A DNA stretch of 64,000 nt from a virus: IMG/VR virus record IMGVR_UViG_3300036760_000306, positions 32,001 through 96,000 of that record; one strand, written 5' to 3'. The position numbers and the translations under genes were made by a program. Shown piece by piece: positions 47,413 to 56,548 of the stretch; the first letter of the stretch is position 1; every line of letters begins with the position of its first letter. Under the pieces are notes generated by a model, which saw nothing but the letters and a program-made list of their open reading frames with translations, was not told the DNA's origin and did no database searches.

Positions 47413-47718
47413 TCAAGAGGATACGATCCACTCCCGTTCCACGTCTGACCCCAAGTAGTCAGCGATACGCAAACCCTTGGTGCCCGCAGGCAACGTGAAG
47501 ATTTGCCCGTGGTTTTTGGCAGCCCAGATTTTGGCCACTTTCTCAGAGGTAGACCAAGGCTCCTCCCCGTCAGGCTTTTCATGCGAACCTCGATACAGCG
47601 GGTAACGGCTGGCTTTGCTCTTGTGCTCTAGTTCCCAGAGAAGGGCAGCGGCTTTGGCTCTGAGCTGCTTACCACTACCCGAGCCTGGTAGGGGTGCGCC
47701 CTGCCTCTCATCTGCCAT
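47413..47718 (-). CDS. Small ADP-ribosyltransferase-like protein
   Basis: LYRG, WST...VA..WA, ERE. Confidence 0.55.
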   Translation of the reverse strand: MADERQGAPLPGSGSGKQLRAKAAALLWELEHKSKASRYPLYRGSHEKPDGEEPWSTSEKVAKIWAAKNHGQIFTLPAGTKGLRIADYLGSDVEREWIVSS

Positions 47719-47953
47719 GAGGAGTCTCATAGCAGACGGAAAACCCTTCCACTCACGCAGCGCTTCGGTTACGAGGTTCCGGTGCGCGCTTGTCGCCAGC
47801 GTGGCTCATCCCCAGAGCGATCCCACTCACCTTGATCAGGTGCTGTGGGATCCGGAGTGTAGGTGGCTTTTTTAGTCCCCTGCACAAAGCGTCGGGCCAC
47901 CCGAAGGGCTATGGGGTCGCTACTCGGCATACAGTAGCCCGGGTACAAAAGCC

Positions 47954-48499
47954 TCAGGGTGTCAGGAACTTATCCCGCAGGGCCCTGAGCACAGCCTTCG
48001 TGACGTACTTGTCCAGGCTGTCCCAGCCCGTGGGGCTCGGGTGCCGGGCAATCTCCCGGACCGTGGAGCTGGACACGAACGAGAACTTGGGCTTCGTGGG
48101 CAGGAAGAAGGTGTCGAGGTTGGGGGCGAGGCTCGCGTTGGCGTGGGCGATCCCCAGCTCGGCCTCGAAGTCAGTGACGGCCCGCAGACCACGGACAATG
48201 ACGGTCGCGTGTTCCCGCTTGCAGAAGTCCACCAGCAAGTCATCAAAGCTCGTGACCGTGATGGCCCCTGGGTCGATCACGTTCTTGGTTCCCCAGGCTT
48301 CGTGGGCCTCTTGCCACTGTTCATCGATGCTCGCCTGGATCATCGCGATCCGTTCATCGAGCGTGAACAGCGGCTTCTTGGCCGAGTTGATACCCACCGC
48401 TACGACAAGCCGCTCGAAGGTCTTGGTGGAACGGTAGATCAGATCCAGGTGACCCTTGGTGATGGGGTCGAAGCTGCCTGCGTAGACGGCTGTGGTCAT
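47954..48499 (-). CDS. coaD: Phosphopantetheine adenylyltransferase
   Basis: YAGSFDPITKGHLD, KKPLF..ER, VRGLR..DFE.E, VSSS.VRE. Confidence 0.95.
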   Translation of the reverse strand: MTTAVYAGSFDPITKGHLDLIYRSTKTFERLVVAVGINSAKKPLFTLDERIAMIQASIDEQWQEAHEAWGTKNVIDPGAITVTSFDDLLVDFCKREHATVIVRGLRAVTDFEAELGIAHANASLAPNLDTFFLPTKPKFSFVSSSTVREIARHPSPTGWDSLDKYVTKAVLRALRDKFLTP

Positions 48500-48774
48500 G
48501 CCCTACCCTGAGCGAGGTACAACTCCAGGCACTTCTTGCACGTGCCGTTGCCCAAGTGGTGCTTGGTGATCCTAACCTCCAGGTCCCACCCCTGGCCCAC
48601 GGGCACACGTCCGCAAAGCGACGGCGTATCCACGCCCCCGCCAAACTTAGGACCCACGGGGCTCGGCTTACGTATACACCACGGGCTCGGCCCCGTGACC
48701 CAGACGGGCTCACAAAACGTGAACTCGGGTCGTTCACCGGGAAGGAGAGACAGGGACGGGAGAGCGCTGGACAT
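48496..48774 (-). CDS. Hypothetical protein
   Basis: GGTGTA 10 nt upstream. Confidence 0.65.
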   Translation of the reverse strand: MSSALPSLSLLPGERPEFTFCEPVWVTGPSPWCIRKPSPVGPKFGGGVDTPSLCGRVPVGQGWDLEVRITKHHLGNGTCKKCLELYLAQGRA

Positions 48775-48826
48775 GCAGCGACATTACACCGACCGGAATC
48801 TAAGTTCAAGTGGTGTAGACGCTGCA

Positions 48827-49018
48827 ATGCCGGTCAAGAAGGTCCCACCCCACAAGACGCTTGTGCGGAATTTGATTGCCTCGAAGAAGCTCAAACCAGC
48901 GGAACAGACAGCCTTTGAAAAGCTGGCGGACAAATTCACGCCCACCTACGAACTCAATACCCACGAAAAGCTGTGGGTAGAGGCCCTGAACACCAAGTAC
49001 CTAGCGAAGAAGAACTAG
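48827..49018 (+). CDS. Small hypothetical protein
   Basis: GGTGTA 9 nt upstream of ATG 48827. Confidence 0.6.
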   Translation: MPVKKVPPHKTLVRNLIASKKLKPAEQTAFEKLADKFTPTYELNTHEKLWVEALNTKYLAKKN

Positions 49019-49722
49019 ACGTTCCCTACCGCTTCCGTTTCGAGGAGCTTGCCGGTCTTCATGAACTCGGCCAAATGCCCCATAAAGCGGGTCCCGGGGT
49101 CAATCTTCTCATTCGTGATGTTGTAGTGCCCGATGGCACCCCGGACCAGCGCCAAAGCCACAACGCCTGGGGTGGTGCAGACATCCTTGGCGTACCCCTG
49201 GAGGGCCTCAGTCATGGCCTTGTTGAGCGCACAGGCTGTTGCGGTCTGAGCCGGGTAAAAGTCGTAGCACTTCAATTTCTTACCGTGCAGCACCGTGTCG
49301 TAGGCTGGCCGGGGGCCAAGCGGCGGCTTCCGCTGCTTGGGCTCCATCCACAGGGTACCCATGCGTCGGATCCCAGCGTTGACGATTTCCACGCCCCAAG
49401 ACCGGGAATTGGCGATACCCGCGTCGGCGGTATCGACCACGGTGGGGTCGCAGAACTGGTACAGCACGCCGAACGGGGAGATTGCGAACTCCACCCCGAG
49501 CTTCCGGGTTCGCAGCGTTTCCACCATGGTTTCAACGGAGTTCTCGGATCCGGTCCAGTGGAACACCCCGAGATCAATCGGTTTTACCCTCTTTTTGTTG
49601 TACCCGTCGCCCGCCTTGAATTCGACCTTGTGGTCTTGCGGTCCCAGCACGGGGATGGGGTGTCCGGTTACAGGGTGCAACAGGGGGTAGACTTTTCCGC
49701 CAATCAGTATGCCTTGAGCCAT
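49015..49722 (-). CDS. N-acetylmuramoyl-L-alanine amidase (Amidase_2), possible endolysin
   Basis: HWT, N..S.GVE, GH, K.DPG. Confidence 0.8.
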   Translation of the reverse strand: MAQGILIGGKVYPLLHPVTGHPIPVLGPQDHKVEFKAGDGYNKKRVKPIDLGVFHWTGSENSVETMVETLRTRKLGVEFAISPFGVLYQFCDPTVVDTADAGIANSRSWGVEIVNAGIRRMGTLWMEPKQRKPPLGPRPAYDTVLHGKKLKCYDFYPAQTATACALNKAMTEALQGYAKDVCTTPGVVALALVRGAIGHYNITNEKIDPGTRFMGHLAEFMKTGKLLETEAVGNV

Positions 49723-50060
49723 GCATGTGCTGGCTCATCAAAAGAAACCGTCGTCCGGCGGTGTAACTGAGGCCCAGGCCCGACCGACGTACAGACCACA
49801 ACCGTTGGCCAGTGTTGGATGCAGCGTTACGGCTTCACATGGCTACCACGGGTGCTGGCGATCCTGTGCTTGAGCAAGCGGAAATGGTCGAATGGCTCCA
49901 ATACCGCGTACTTAGTTGGACCCCAGGCAGCCTGTTATCAGCACCGTTTGACAACGCGGTCCTAGCTTTACTGCTAGCGACTATTCAAGAAGCACGATTA
50001 TCTGCCGATAAAATCTAGTCTTTTCGGGTAGTTACAAAATAGTTTCAGAGGGCGCTTGAC

Positions 50061-50116
50061 AATGGTGTGTTTTGGACACAATTTACCCGTACAGATGGTG
50101 TCCAAAGCACACTATC
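50061..50116. promoter_or_regulatory. Two tandem NrtR-type palindromic operators
   Basis: AATGGTGT-N7-ACACAATT (50061-50083) and GATGGTGT-N7-ACACTATC (50094-50116), next to TTGACA. Confidence 0.7.
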
Positions 50117-50129
50117 AAAAGAAAGCAGC

Positions 50130-50888
50130 ATGGCCTACACGTACGAATACCCGAAAGCAGACATCACGGTTGATTGCGTCCTGTTTGGGTTCAACCCTGA
50201 AGGTCTTACGTTTGACGGGACTGTCGGGCAACGGGAACTGCATCGAGGACGGCTCGAAGTGGTCCTGATCCGGCGGGGCGAAGACCCGTATCAGGGACGG
50301 TGGGCACTGCCCGGTGGCTTCATCGAGTTCCTCAAGGGCGAGACAGCCTACGAAGCGGCTCGCCGTGAGATGCAGGAGGAAACGGGCGTCACGGTTGACT
50401 ACTACCTGGAACAGCTAGGGACGTTTGATGCCCCTGACAGGGATCCCCGGGGCCGCGTCTTCTCAGTGGCCCACTACGCTTTGGTCCGGTCCCAGGACCA
50501 CACCACAACCAGCGGTTCGGATGCGATGGAGGCCAAGTGGGTTCCGGTTCAGGAGGCTCTAAGGGTCCCCGCCAACCAAATGGCCTTTGATCACAAGTTG
50601 ATCCTAAAGACCGCTATGGATCGGCTGCAAACCAAGATCAGGTACGCGCCCGTGGGTTTCAACCTGCTGCCCAAGAAGTTCACGCTCGGTCAACTCCAAA
50701 AGCTGTACGAGGCGATTCTCTTTCGCGAGTTGGACAAGCGCAACTTCCGCAAGCGAATCCTCGCAATGGGTGTTCTGACCGACCTTGAGTCCAGCACCAC
50801 GACGAGAGGCAGACCCGCAGCGCTCTACCGCTTCAACAAAACAGCGTACGACCGAGCAGTCAAAACCGGCTTTAACTTCGAGATCTGA
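50130..50888 (+). CDS. nrtR: NrtR family regulator (Nudix plus winged HTH)
   Basis: WALPGG..AARREMQEETG, EQL.TF...RDPR, AFDH, FTL.QLQ.LYE, DKRNFRK, GRPA.LYRF. Confidence 0.92.
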   Translation: MAYTYEYPKADITVDCVLFGFNPEGLTFDGTVGQRELHRGRLEVVLIRRGEDPYQGRWALPGGFIEFLKGETAYEAARREMQEETGVTVDYYLEQLGTFDAPDRDPRGRVFSVAHYALVRSQDHTTTSGSDAMEAKWVPVQEALRVPANQMAFDHKLILKTAMDRLQTKIRYAPVGFNLLPKKFTLGQLQKLYEAILFRELDKRNFRKRILAMGVLTDLESSTTTRGRPAALYRFNKTAYDRAVKTGFNFEI

Positions 50889-50892
50889 GAAA

Positions 50893-51091
50893 ATGCCCTA
50901 CCCACGTTTTAAAGGTCGGTCGCACCCCGGCTGGGGATCTTAGGTATAACGGAATTGATCGTAAGGATAGCAGTCTAGGTTACATCTTAGATAACTGCGT
51001 CACAGCATGCCGGAACTGTAACTACGCCAAAAGGAAACTGTCCTACGAAGCGTTCATTGAACTAGCGAAGTTGATCGCTAGTAGGTTTTAG
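50893..51091 (+). pseudogene. HNH endonuclease remnant
   Basis: YNGIDRKDSSLGY..DNCV..C..CN..K, out of frame with ATG 50893. Confidence 0.65.
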
Positions 51092-51109
51092 TAGGTTTTA
51101 GGAGAGAAA

Positions 51110-52501
51110 ATGCAATTCCGAATCAATCCAATCCTACGCACTGACAGCTATAAGTCAGGGCACTGGCTCATGTACCCCGAAGGCACGGACGGTATGTTCG
51201 ACCACTTTTTATCGAGAGGTGGTCGGTACGGTATGAGTCAGTGGGTCGGGATGCAATACATCCTGTTGACCTCGTTCACGGAGCGGGTAACAAAGAAAGA
51301 TGTCGAACACGCTGCGGCTTGGCACGCCAAGCGTAATGAGCCGTTCAACTTCACAGGTTGGATGCGAGTCGTGGAAAAGCACAATGGTTACTTGCCGTTG
51401 GTAATCCGTGCAGTACCTGAAGGCATGCTGATTCCGGTTCAAAATATCCTCATGTCAGTTGAGGCAACTGACAAAGAACTATTCTGGCTGGCTTCATGGG
51501 CTGAAACTCAATTGACCCGGGTATGGTACCCAATGACAGTTTCGACCCAGGGTTGGCACATCAAGAAGAACGTCTTGGAAGCCCTCGTTGCTTCTTCAGA
51601 TGACCCTCTCGCGGAGCTGCCGTACAAATACCACGACTTCGGTGGTCGCGGTGCCGCTTGTGCAGAGGCTGCGATGATCGGTGGTATGGCGCACTGTGTG
51701 AACTGGCATGGCTCAGATACCTGTGAAGGTGTAGAGCTGGCCAATCAGTGCTATAGCACCGACATGGCTGCTGGCAGCATTGTGGCCAGCGAGCACTCAG
51801 TTGTTGGTAGTTGGGGTCGTGGTGGAGAGCTGGATTTCTACCAGCACTACCTGGATCTCTTTGCCAAACCTGGTGCCCTCATGGCTTGCGTCTCAGATAC
51901 CTGGGATGTCTTCAACGCAACGGAGAACTATTGGTGTGGTGAGTTGCTTGAGCAAATCAAGAACTCAGGGGCAACTCTCGTAGTTCGTCCTGACTCGGGT
52001 GACCCGATCACGGTCATCATGAAGCTCTTGGAGATCTTTGAGCGTAAGGTTGGGATGAAAAAGAACATGAAGGGCTTCAAGGTCCTTCCCAAGTTCTTGC
52101 GCATGATCCAAGGCGATGGCGTTAATCATGAAGCAGTGCGTGCCATCTTGCATGAGATGCTGTCGCACGGCTACTCGGCAAGTAACCTGGCCTTCGGGTC
52201 GGGCGGAGCAAATCTTCAGAAGGTTGATCGAGACACCATGAAGTGCGCTTACAAGTGTTCGGAAATCACCATCAACGGAGCACCCCGCAAGGTCTACAAA
52301 GATCCTGTGACTGATCCTGGTAAGCGTAGTTTCAAGGGTCGTTTAGATCTTGTTCTTCGGGATGGCGTGTTTCAAACCGTGGAAGGTAATCAACCGGACA
52401 GCCAACTCGTTGAAGTTTTCCGGGATGGGAAAGTTACCCGCCTGTTTACCTTTGAAGAGATCCGTAAGAACGCCGTTCAAGCGCTCATGGGGGCAGTCTG
52501 A
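51110..52501 (+). CDS. nadV: Nicotinamide phosphoribosyltransferase
   Basis: TDSYK..H..YP, HDFG.RG, ASEHS, VSDTWD, VRPDSGDP, IQGDG, KDP.TD.GK.S. Confidence 0.93.
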   Translation: MQFRINPILRTDSYKSGHWLMYPEGTDGMFDHFLSRGGRYGMSQWVGMQYILLTSFTERVTKKDVEHAAAWHAKRNEPFNFTGWMRVVEKHNGYLPLVIRAVPEGMLIPVQNILMSVEATDKELFWLASWAETQLTRVWYPMTVSTQGWHIKKNVLEALVASSDDPLAELPYKYHDFGGRGAACAEAAMIGGMAHCVNWHGSDTCEGVELANQCYSTDMAAGSIVASEHSVVGSWGRGGELDFYQHYLDLFAKPGALMACVSDTWDVFNATENYWCGELLEQIKNSGATLVVRPDSGDPITVIMKLLEIFERKVGMKKNMKGFKVLPKFLRMIQGDGVNHEAVRAILHEMLSHGYSASNLAFGSGGANLQKVDRDTMKCAYKCSEITINGAPRKVYKDPVTDPGKRSFKGRLDLVLRDGVFQTVEGNQPDSQLVEVFRDGKVTRLFTFEEIRKNAVQALMGAV

Positions 52502-53715
52502 TGACCTGGAGTGACAAAGAACTTGAAAACGAGAGGCCAAAAACCTACGGGGATATTTCAAAATCCATATCTGACGATGAACTGTTGATACAGCAAGCTA
52601 TCCAAGACCTTCGACCAAGGTTGGTGGATCTTCCAGTCCGGGTTTATGTGGCGGCATCCGGGGCTGGTGCGGGGATTCAACAACTTCTGTGGCAAACACC
52701 TGGAGCGTCGGCGTATCTTGTGGGGGCTACGTTCCCGTATTCCCCACAAGATACAGAAGATTTCCTCGGGTTCCGTCCACGACACTTTGTTTGTCTTGAG
52801 ACTGCTATTGATTTAGCGATCTCGGCCTATCTTAAAGCCGATAACGGGGATTCAAACCGTACCCCTATTGGGCTTGGGCTCACAGCTTCGGTTGCCACGA
52901 CAGTAGAACACCGGGGAGATCACCGTATTTACGCGGTGGTGATCTCAAAGGATCGGGTTCTAGCCTCTGAACTGACATTACTCAAACAAGGCAGCATGGC
53001 TCGGGCCTATGATGGTCGTACTGCCGATGCAATCGGCCTAGAGCTTCTGAACGCCGCCGCCTATGTGACAAGCGAGGCCGAACGTCTTGTTTACCGTGAA
53101 ACCACAAAGAACTGTACGGGTGGTAGTTTGCTCAAAGACATCACCCAAGAAGCTCGTGCTCACTTCTTGAGGAGGCCGTTGTTCACCCGTTACGGTAAAC
53201 GGCTCGAAATCCCCGTAGGTAATCACACCTCGCTCGACCCCGTTAAAAATCATCTTACGTTATTCCCTGGTAACTTCGATCCACCCCATGAAGGGCACTT
53301 CGCCAGTGCAGGGGAAGACGTATTGTTTCAGATCACCGCGAATCCGCCACACAAGCCAGGTTTGAGCCTCCCCGACATGCTGGGTCGGGTTCGCCACTTC
53401 CGGAACAAACGGGACGTGTTGTTTCTGGAAGGTGGGGCGCTCTACCTTGACAAGGCCCGGCGGTTCCCTGGCTCAACCATCATTCTGGGGACCGACGCCC
53501 TAGAACGGATGCTCGACCCCAAGTGGGGCGTGGAAGTTCTGCCCTTGTTGACCGAGTTTCGGGAGCTGGGGACTAGGTTCAGGGTTGGGGTACGAGAGGG
53601 AGCTGATTTCGGACAACTCCAGATCCCGGCAGACTTCCGGGCCATGTTCACCGAGCTACCAAAAACCCCCTACGCGGGCTTGAGTTCGACGCAGATCCGG
53701 GCATCCGCCGATTAG
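52501..53715 (+). CDS. CinA/PncC-like domain fused to an HxGH nucleotidyltransferase (NMN adenylyltransferase-like)
   Basis: SGAG...PGAS..L.G...PYS; FPGNFDPPHEGH; LSSTQIR. Confidence 0.75.
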   Translation: MTWSDKELENERPKTYGDISKSISDDELLIQQAIQDLRPRLVDLPVRVYVAASGAGAGIQQLLWQTPGASAYLVGATFPYSPQDTEDFLGFRPRHFVCLETAIDLAISAYLKADNGDSNRTPIGLGLTASVATTVEHRGDHRIYAVVISKDRVLASELTLLKQGSMARAYDGRTADAIGLELLNAAAYVTSEAERLVYRETTKNCTGGSLLKDITQEARAHFLRRPLFTRYGKRLEIPVGNHTSLDPVKNHLTLFPGNFDPPHEGHFASAGEDVLFQITANPPHKPGLSLPDMLGRVRHFRNKRDVLFLEGGALYLDKARRFPGSTIILGTDALERMLDPKWGVEVLPLLTEFRELGTRFRVGVREGADFGQLQIPADFRAMFTELPKTPYAGLSSTQIRASAD

Positions 53716-54362
53716 GCCTCGTCATCTGCGTCATCTAGGGCAGCCCACAAGCCACCTCCGCTGCCTCTGAACTGATTCTTCGTCATACGTTGAAGGGGTG
53801 TGATGGTCTTGAACATGTCTTCACGACCAACATCGTCTGGCACGGTCAGTGTAAAAAGCATTACGGAATGAGTTTCATCCAGTAGGGTCAGCAGGCGGAG
53901 GCCTTCTTTGGGGGCTGGATCGAGGATGAAGCTGAGCCGCCAAACCCCTCCGCCCGCACCCTGCTGGTTTTGAAACCCGGTCGCCACGTGGTAAGGCTCG
54001 TTCGGAAATGGCTGCTGCGGCTCCTCATCATCAAGGTATGAGTAAGACACATCAATGAAAGGGCGTGCCCTTCCGATCCTTGTGTAGTCCCGCTCTCTAA
54101 GCGCTTGTGCTGCCCGTTCTCTAGCTTCTGCAAGCCGCTCGAAGGTCCGCTTCCCGGGCAGGATTGTCTCCATGTACTCGTGGGTACCCTGGGCCACTTT
54201 CGCTTTTGGGCTAGCCGTGTAGCTGACTTTTCGATTCTGGGGGTGCTCTTGGTGTAGTAACCCATTAACCTTCCCCTGAATCCCCATGGTCCGGATCACA
54301 ACAACCGTCGGGCATTCTTCGGGATGTAGTCGGACAGGCCTGCGTGTGACATCAATGAGCAT
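53712..54362 (-). CDS. Hypothetical protein with LW-acidic tail
   Basis: GGTGTA 9 nt upstream; ends GLWAALDDADDEA. Confidence 0.7.
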   Translation of the reverse strand: MLIDVTRRPVRLHPEECPTVVVIRTMGIQGKVNGLLHQEHPQNRKVSYTASPKAKVAQGTHEYMETILPGKRTFERLAEARERAAQALRERDYTRIGRARPFIDVSYSYLDDEEPQQPFPNEPYHVATGFQNQQGAGGGVWRLSFILDPAPKEGLRLLTLLDETHSVMLFTLTVPDDVGREDMFKTITPLQRMTKNQFRGSGGGLWAALDDADDEA

Positions 54363-54386
54363 CCCCTGTACTACACCGAGCGGCCT

Positions 54387-54947
54387 ATGACTAAACCCAA
54401 AGACCTACGGACAAACGAATTTATACGAGCTTGGGGCGTCAAAGAGGTACCCACAGCATCGGTGTCCCACGGGACGGTACGGCCGGGCGTTTACCCGGCG
54501 TTCGCAATGCTGGCCTGGGTAGAGCAGCGGAAGGTCGGCTGGCCCGTTGTTGGGGTCCGCCTAACCCTGCTTCAACACGGGCTAGACAAGCCCGCTGGCG
54601 GGCTCACGATGGGGCTACCTCTCACGCCAAAGAGCGAGCGGCACGTCTGCTGCTTCCTGCAAGATCTGGGCTGGGACGGGCGTTGTTGGCCCTACAAGGA
54701 CCACGGGTGGCCAGAGGGCACACCCGATGAAGACGGTCTGCTACGCCTGCTCAAGGCGGCCAAGCTTGGGGCTACCCTGACGTTCCCATCGGATCCCGAG
54801 AAAGGGACCCCGACGGTCCGGATCCCGGTGCTGCAACGGAGCGGCACGTTCTCGGTAGCGCCCTTTGGGGAAGTGATACCCCGGCATCTTGACGCCCTCC
54901 GGACTCTTGCGGCGAATCCCACCCCTTTCAAATCGGACTGGGTATGA
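54387..54947 (+). CDS. Hypothetical protein
   Basis: ORF track. Confidence 0.6.
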   Translation: MTKPKDLRTNEFIRAWGVKEVPTASVSHGTVRPGVYPAFAMLAWVEQRKVGWPVVGVRLTLLQHGLDKPAGGLTMGLPLTPKSERHVCCFLQDLGWDGRCWPYKDHGWPEGTPDEDGLLRLLKAAKLGATLTFPSDPEKGTPTVRIPVLQRSGTFSVAPFGEVIPRHLDALRTLAANPTPFKSDWV

Positions 54948-55465
54948 CCATCAAATTTTACGGCAAGACCAACCCCCAGTACAGTTGGCTCTCGAACTTC
55001 CATGTGGCGATCTTCACGCTCCAGGGGCACCAATGGGGTTCGACGGAACACTGGTATCAGGCGATGAAGTCTGAGGACCCCGAGGTTCAGCTCCAGATCC
55101 GAAGTGCCGCGACTCCAGGACAGGCTAAGCGCCTGGGTTCCAAGTGCGAGCGGCGTGCCGATTGGGAAGAACCTGTCGGTACCCCACAGTTGCACGACAT
55201 GTTCCGAGACCCGCAGGGTATCGTGGTGGAACTCGTGAAGGACCACTTCATGTACACGGCATTGATCGCGAAGTTCACGCAACGCCCAGAGCTGCGCGAT
55301 GCCTTGATCCAAACAGGCACCGAGGAACTGCAAGAGGTATCGCCCAAAGACCACTACTGGGGCCTGGGGGCCGATGGCTCGGGTCAGAACAAGCTCGGGC
55401 GGATGCTCCAGCTCGTGCGGGCCAAACTTCCGAATCGCTTGGTCAGCGCAAACGCTGAGCCGTGA
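54944..55465 (+). CDS. NADAR (YbiA-like) protein
   Basis: LSNF, EH.YQA.K, P..AK.LG, R.DW, AKF.Q, L..TG, D.YWG..G.N.LG..L..VR. Confidence 0.92.
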   Translation: MTIKFYGKTNPQYSWLSNFHVAIFTLQGHQWGSTEHWYQAMKSEDPEVQLQIRSAATPGQAKRLGSKCERRADWEEPVGTPQLHDMFRDPQGIVVELVKDHFMYTALIAKFTQRPELRDALIQTGTEELQEVSPKDHYWGLGADGSGQNKLGRMLQLVRAKLPNRLVSANAEP

Positions 55466-55718
55466 AGCCGTTCAGGTAGACCTTCGCCTGGGCCCCGCCG
55501 AGTGTCCCAACTTGGATGTACGCCTTGCTGCAAGGGACCGAGACGATCTCTGTGTCTCGAAGAACCCCGCGAGACGCTAGATCGATCAAGACATCCACGG
55601 GTTGTGTGAATCCGGAGGGCCATCGAATGTACAGGCGATCCCCGGGCATGAGCGCTGCCCCATCGAGGCTGTCATAATACCCGTCGTCTGACTGAACAGT
55701 CACTACCTTGCTCGCCAA
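55443..55718 (-). CDS. Hypothetical protein
   Basis: ORF track. Confidence 0.5.
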   Translation of the reverse strand: MASKVVTVQSDDGYYDSLDGAALMPGDRLYIRWPSGFTQPVDVLIDLASRGVLRDTEIVSVPCSKAYIQVGTLGGAQAKVYLNGFTAQRLR

Positions 55719-55735
55719 AAGTAACCCTCAAAGAC

Positions 55736-56182
55736 TCAGGACAGCATACTCTTGCTTACGTAGGTACGGTACAATTTAGCTTCCCACAGAGGTATGACCG
55801 ACGACGTCGCACTCTCACTGTTATCGACGTGCATGGCTACAAAGTCGGCCCAGAAAGCAGGCCAGTTAGTCTGGTACTCTTTGATCACCCAAGGGGTCAA
55901 GAACCCCCGCACCTCATTAAGTCTCTCCATGGACTCTTCAAGCATTGGAGGGAAAGCCAGTTCTTGGAATCGCAACACCCAGGCCGAACAGACCAGCAGC
56001 CGAAACAGCACGAACACGGGATCTGCGACCATCCGAGACCGGCTAATCTGGCGTTCGGTTTCAAGATCACTACGCACCCGATCGTCACACCCGTAGGGGC
56101 ATTCACCATCGGACATGCAAAAACCGTCCAACGATAAGGGGCACTCCCCGAACGCCGTTTTCGAGGTTCCTTTCGCGTCCAT
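55736..56182 (-). CDS. Hypothetical protein
   Basis: ORF track. Confidence 0.55.
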   Translation of the reverse strand: MDAKGTSKTAFGECPLSLDGFCMSDGECPYGCDDRVRSDLETERQISRSRMVADPVFVLFRLLVCSAWVLRFQELAFPPMLEESMERLNEVRGFLTPWVIKEYQTNWPAFWADFVAMHVDNSESATSSVIPLWEAKLYRTYVSKSMLS

Positions 56183-56548
56183 TGCCTATTCCTTCGGGGT
56201 GCGTGGTGGTTTGACAACCGGCATAGGTCCAGCCGGAGTTGGGATCCGGACTGCGGGTATACCACGGGGCGGTGTTAGTGGGCGTAACGTAGCACGATCA
56301 TGCTCATTCTCGCCCCCACGTTTGAACGCTTCGAGCAGACCTCGGGTCACCACGGACTCGACTTCAACCGATAGGTATTCCTGCGTTACACGGGCTTCTT
56401 GAGCCACAGCGTGGAGCACAATCTCAATGATGTCAGCAATTTGATTATGCGCAGTCATGGCCGGTCTTTCCCGGCAGTCATGCACGGACTTGAGTCGTCG
56501 GGATGGCCGCTCGACACACCAGACGCGACCGTGCAAAGGGCGTGCTGG

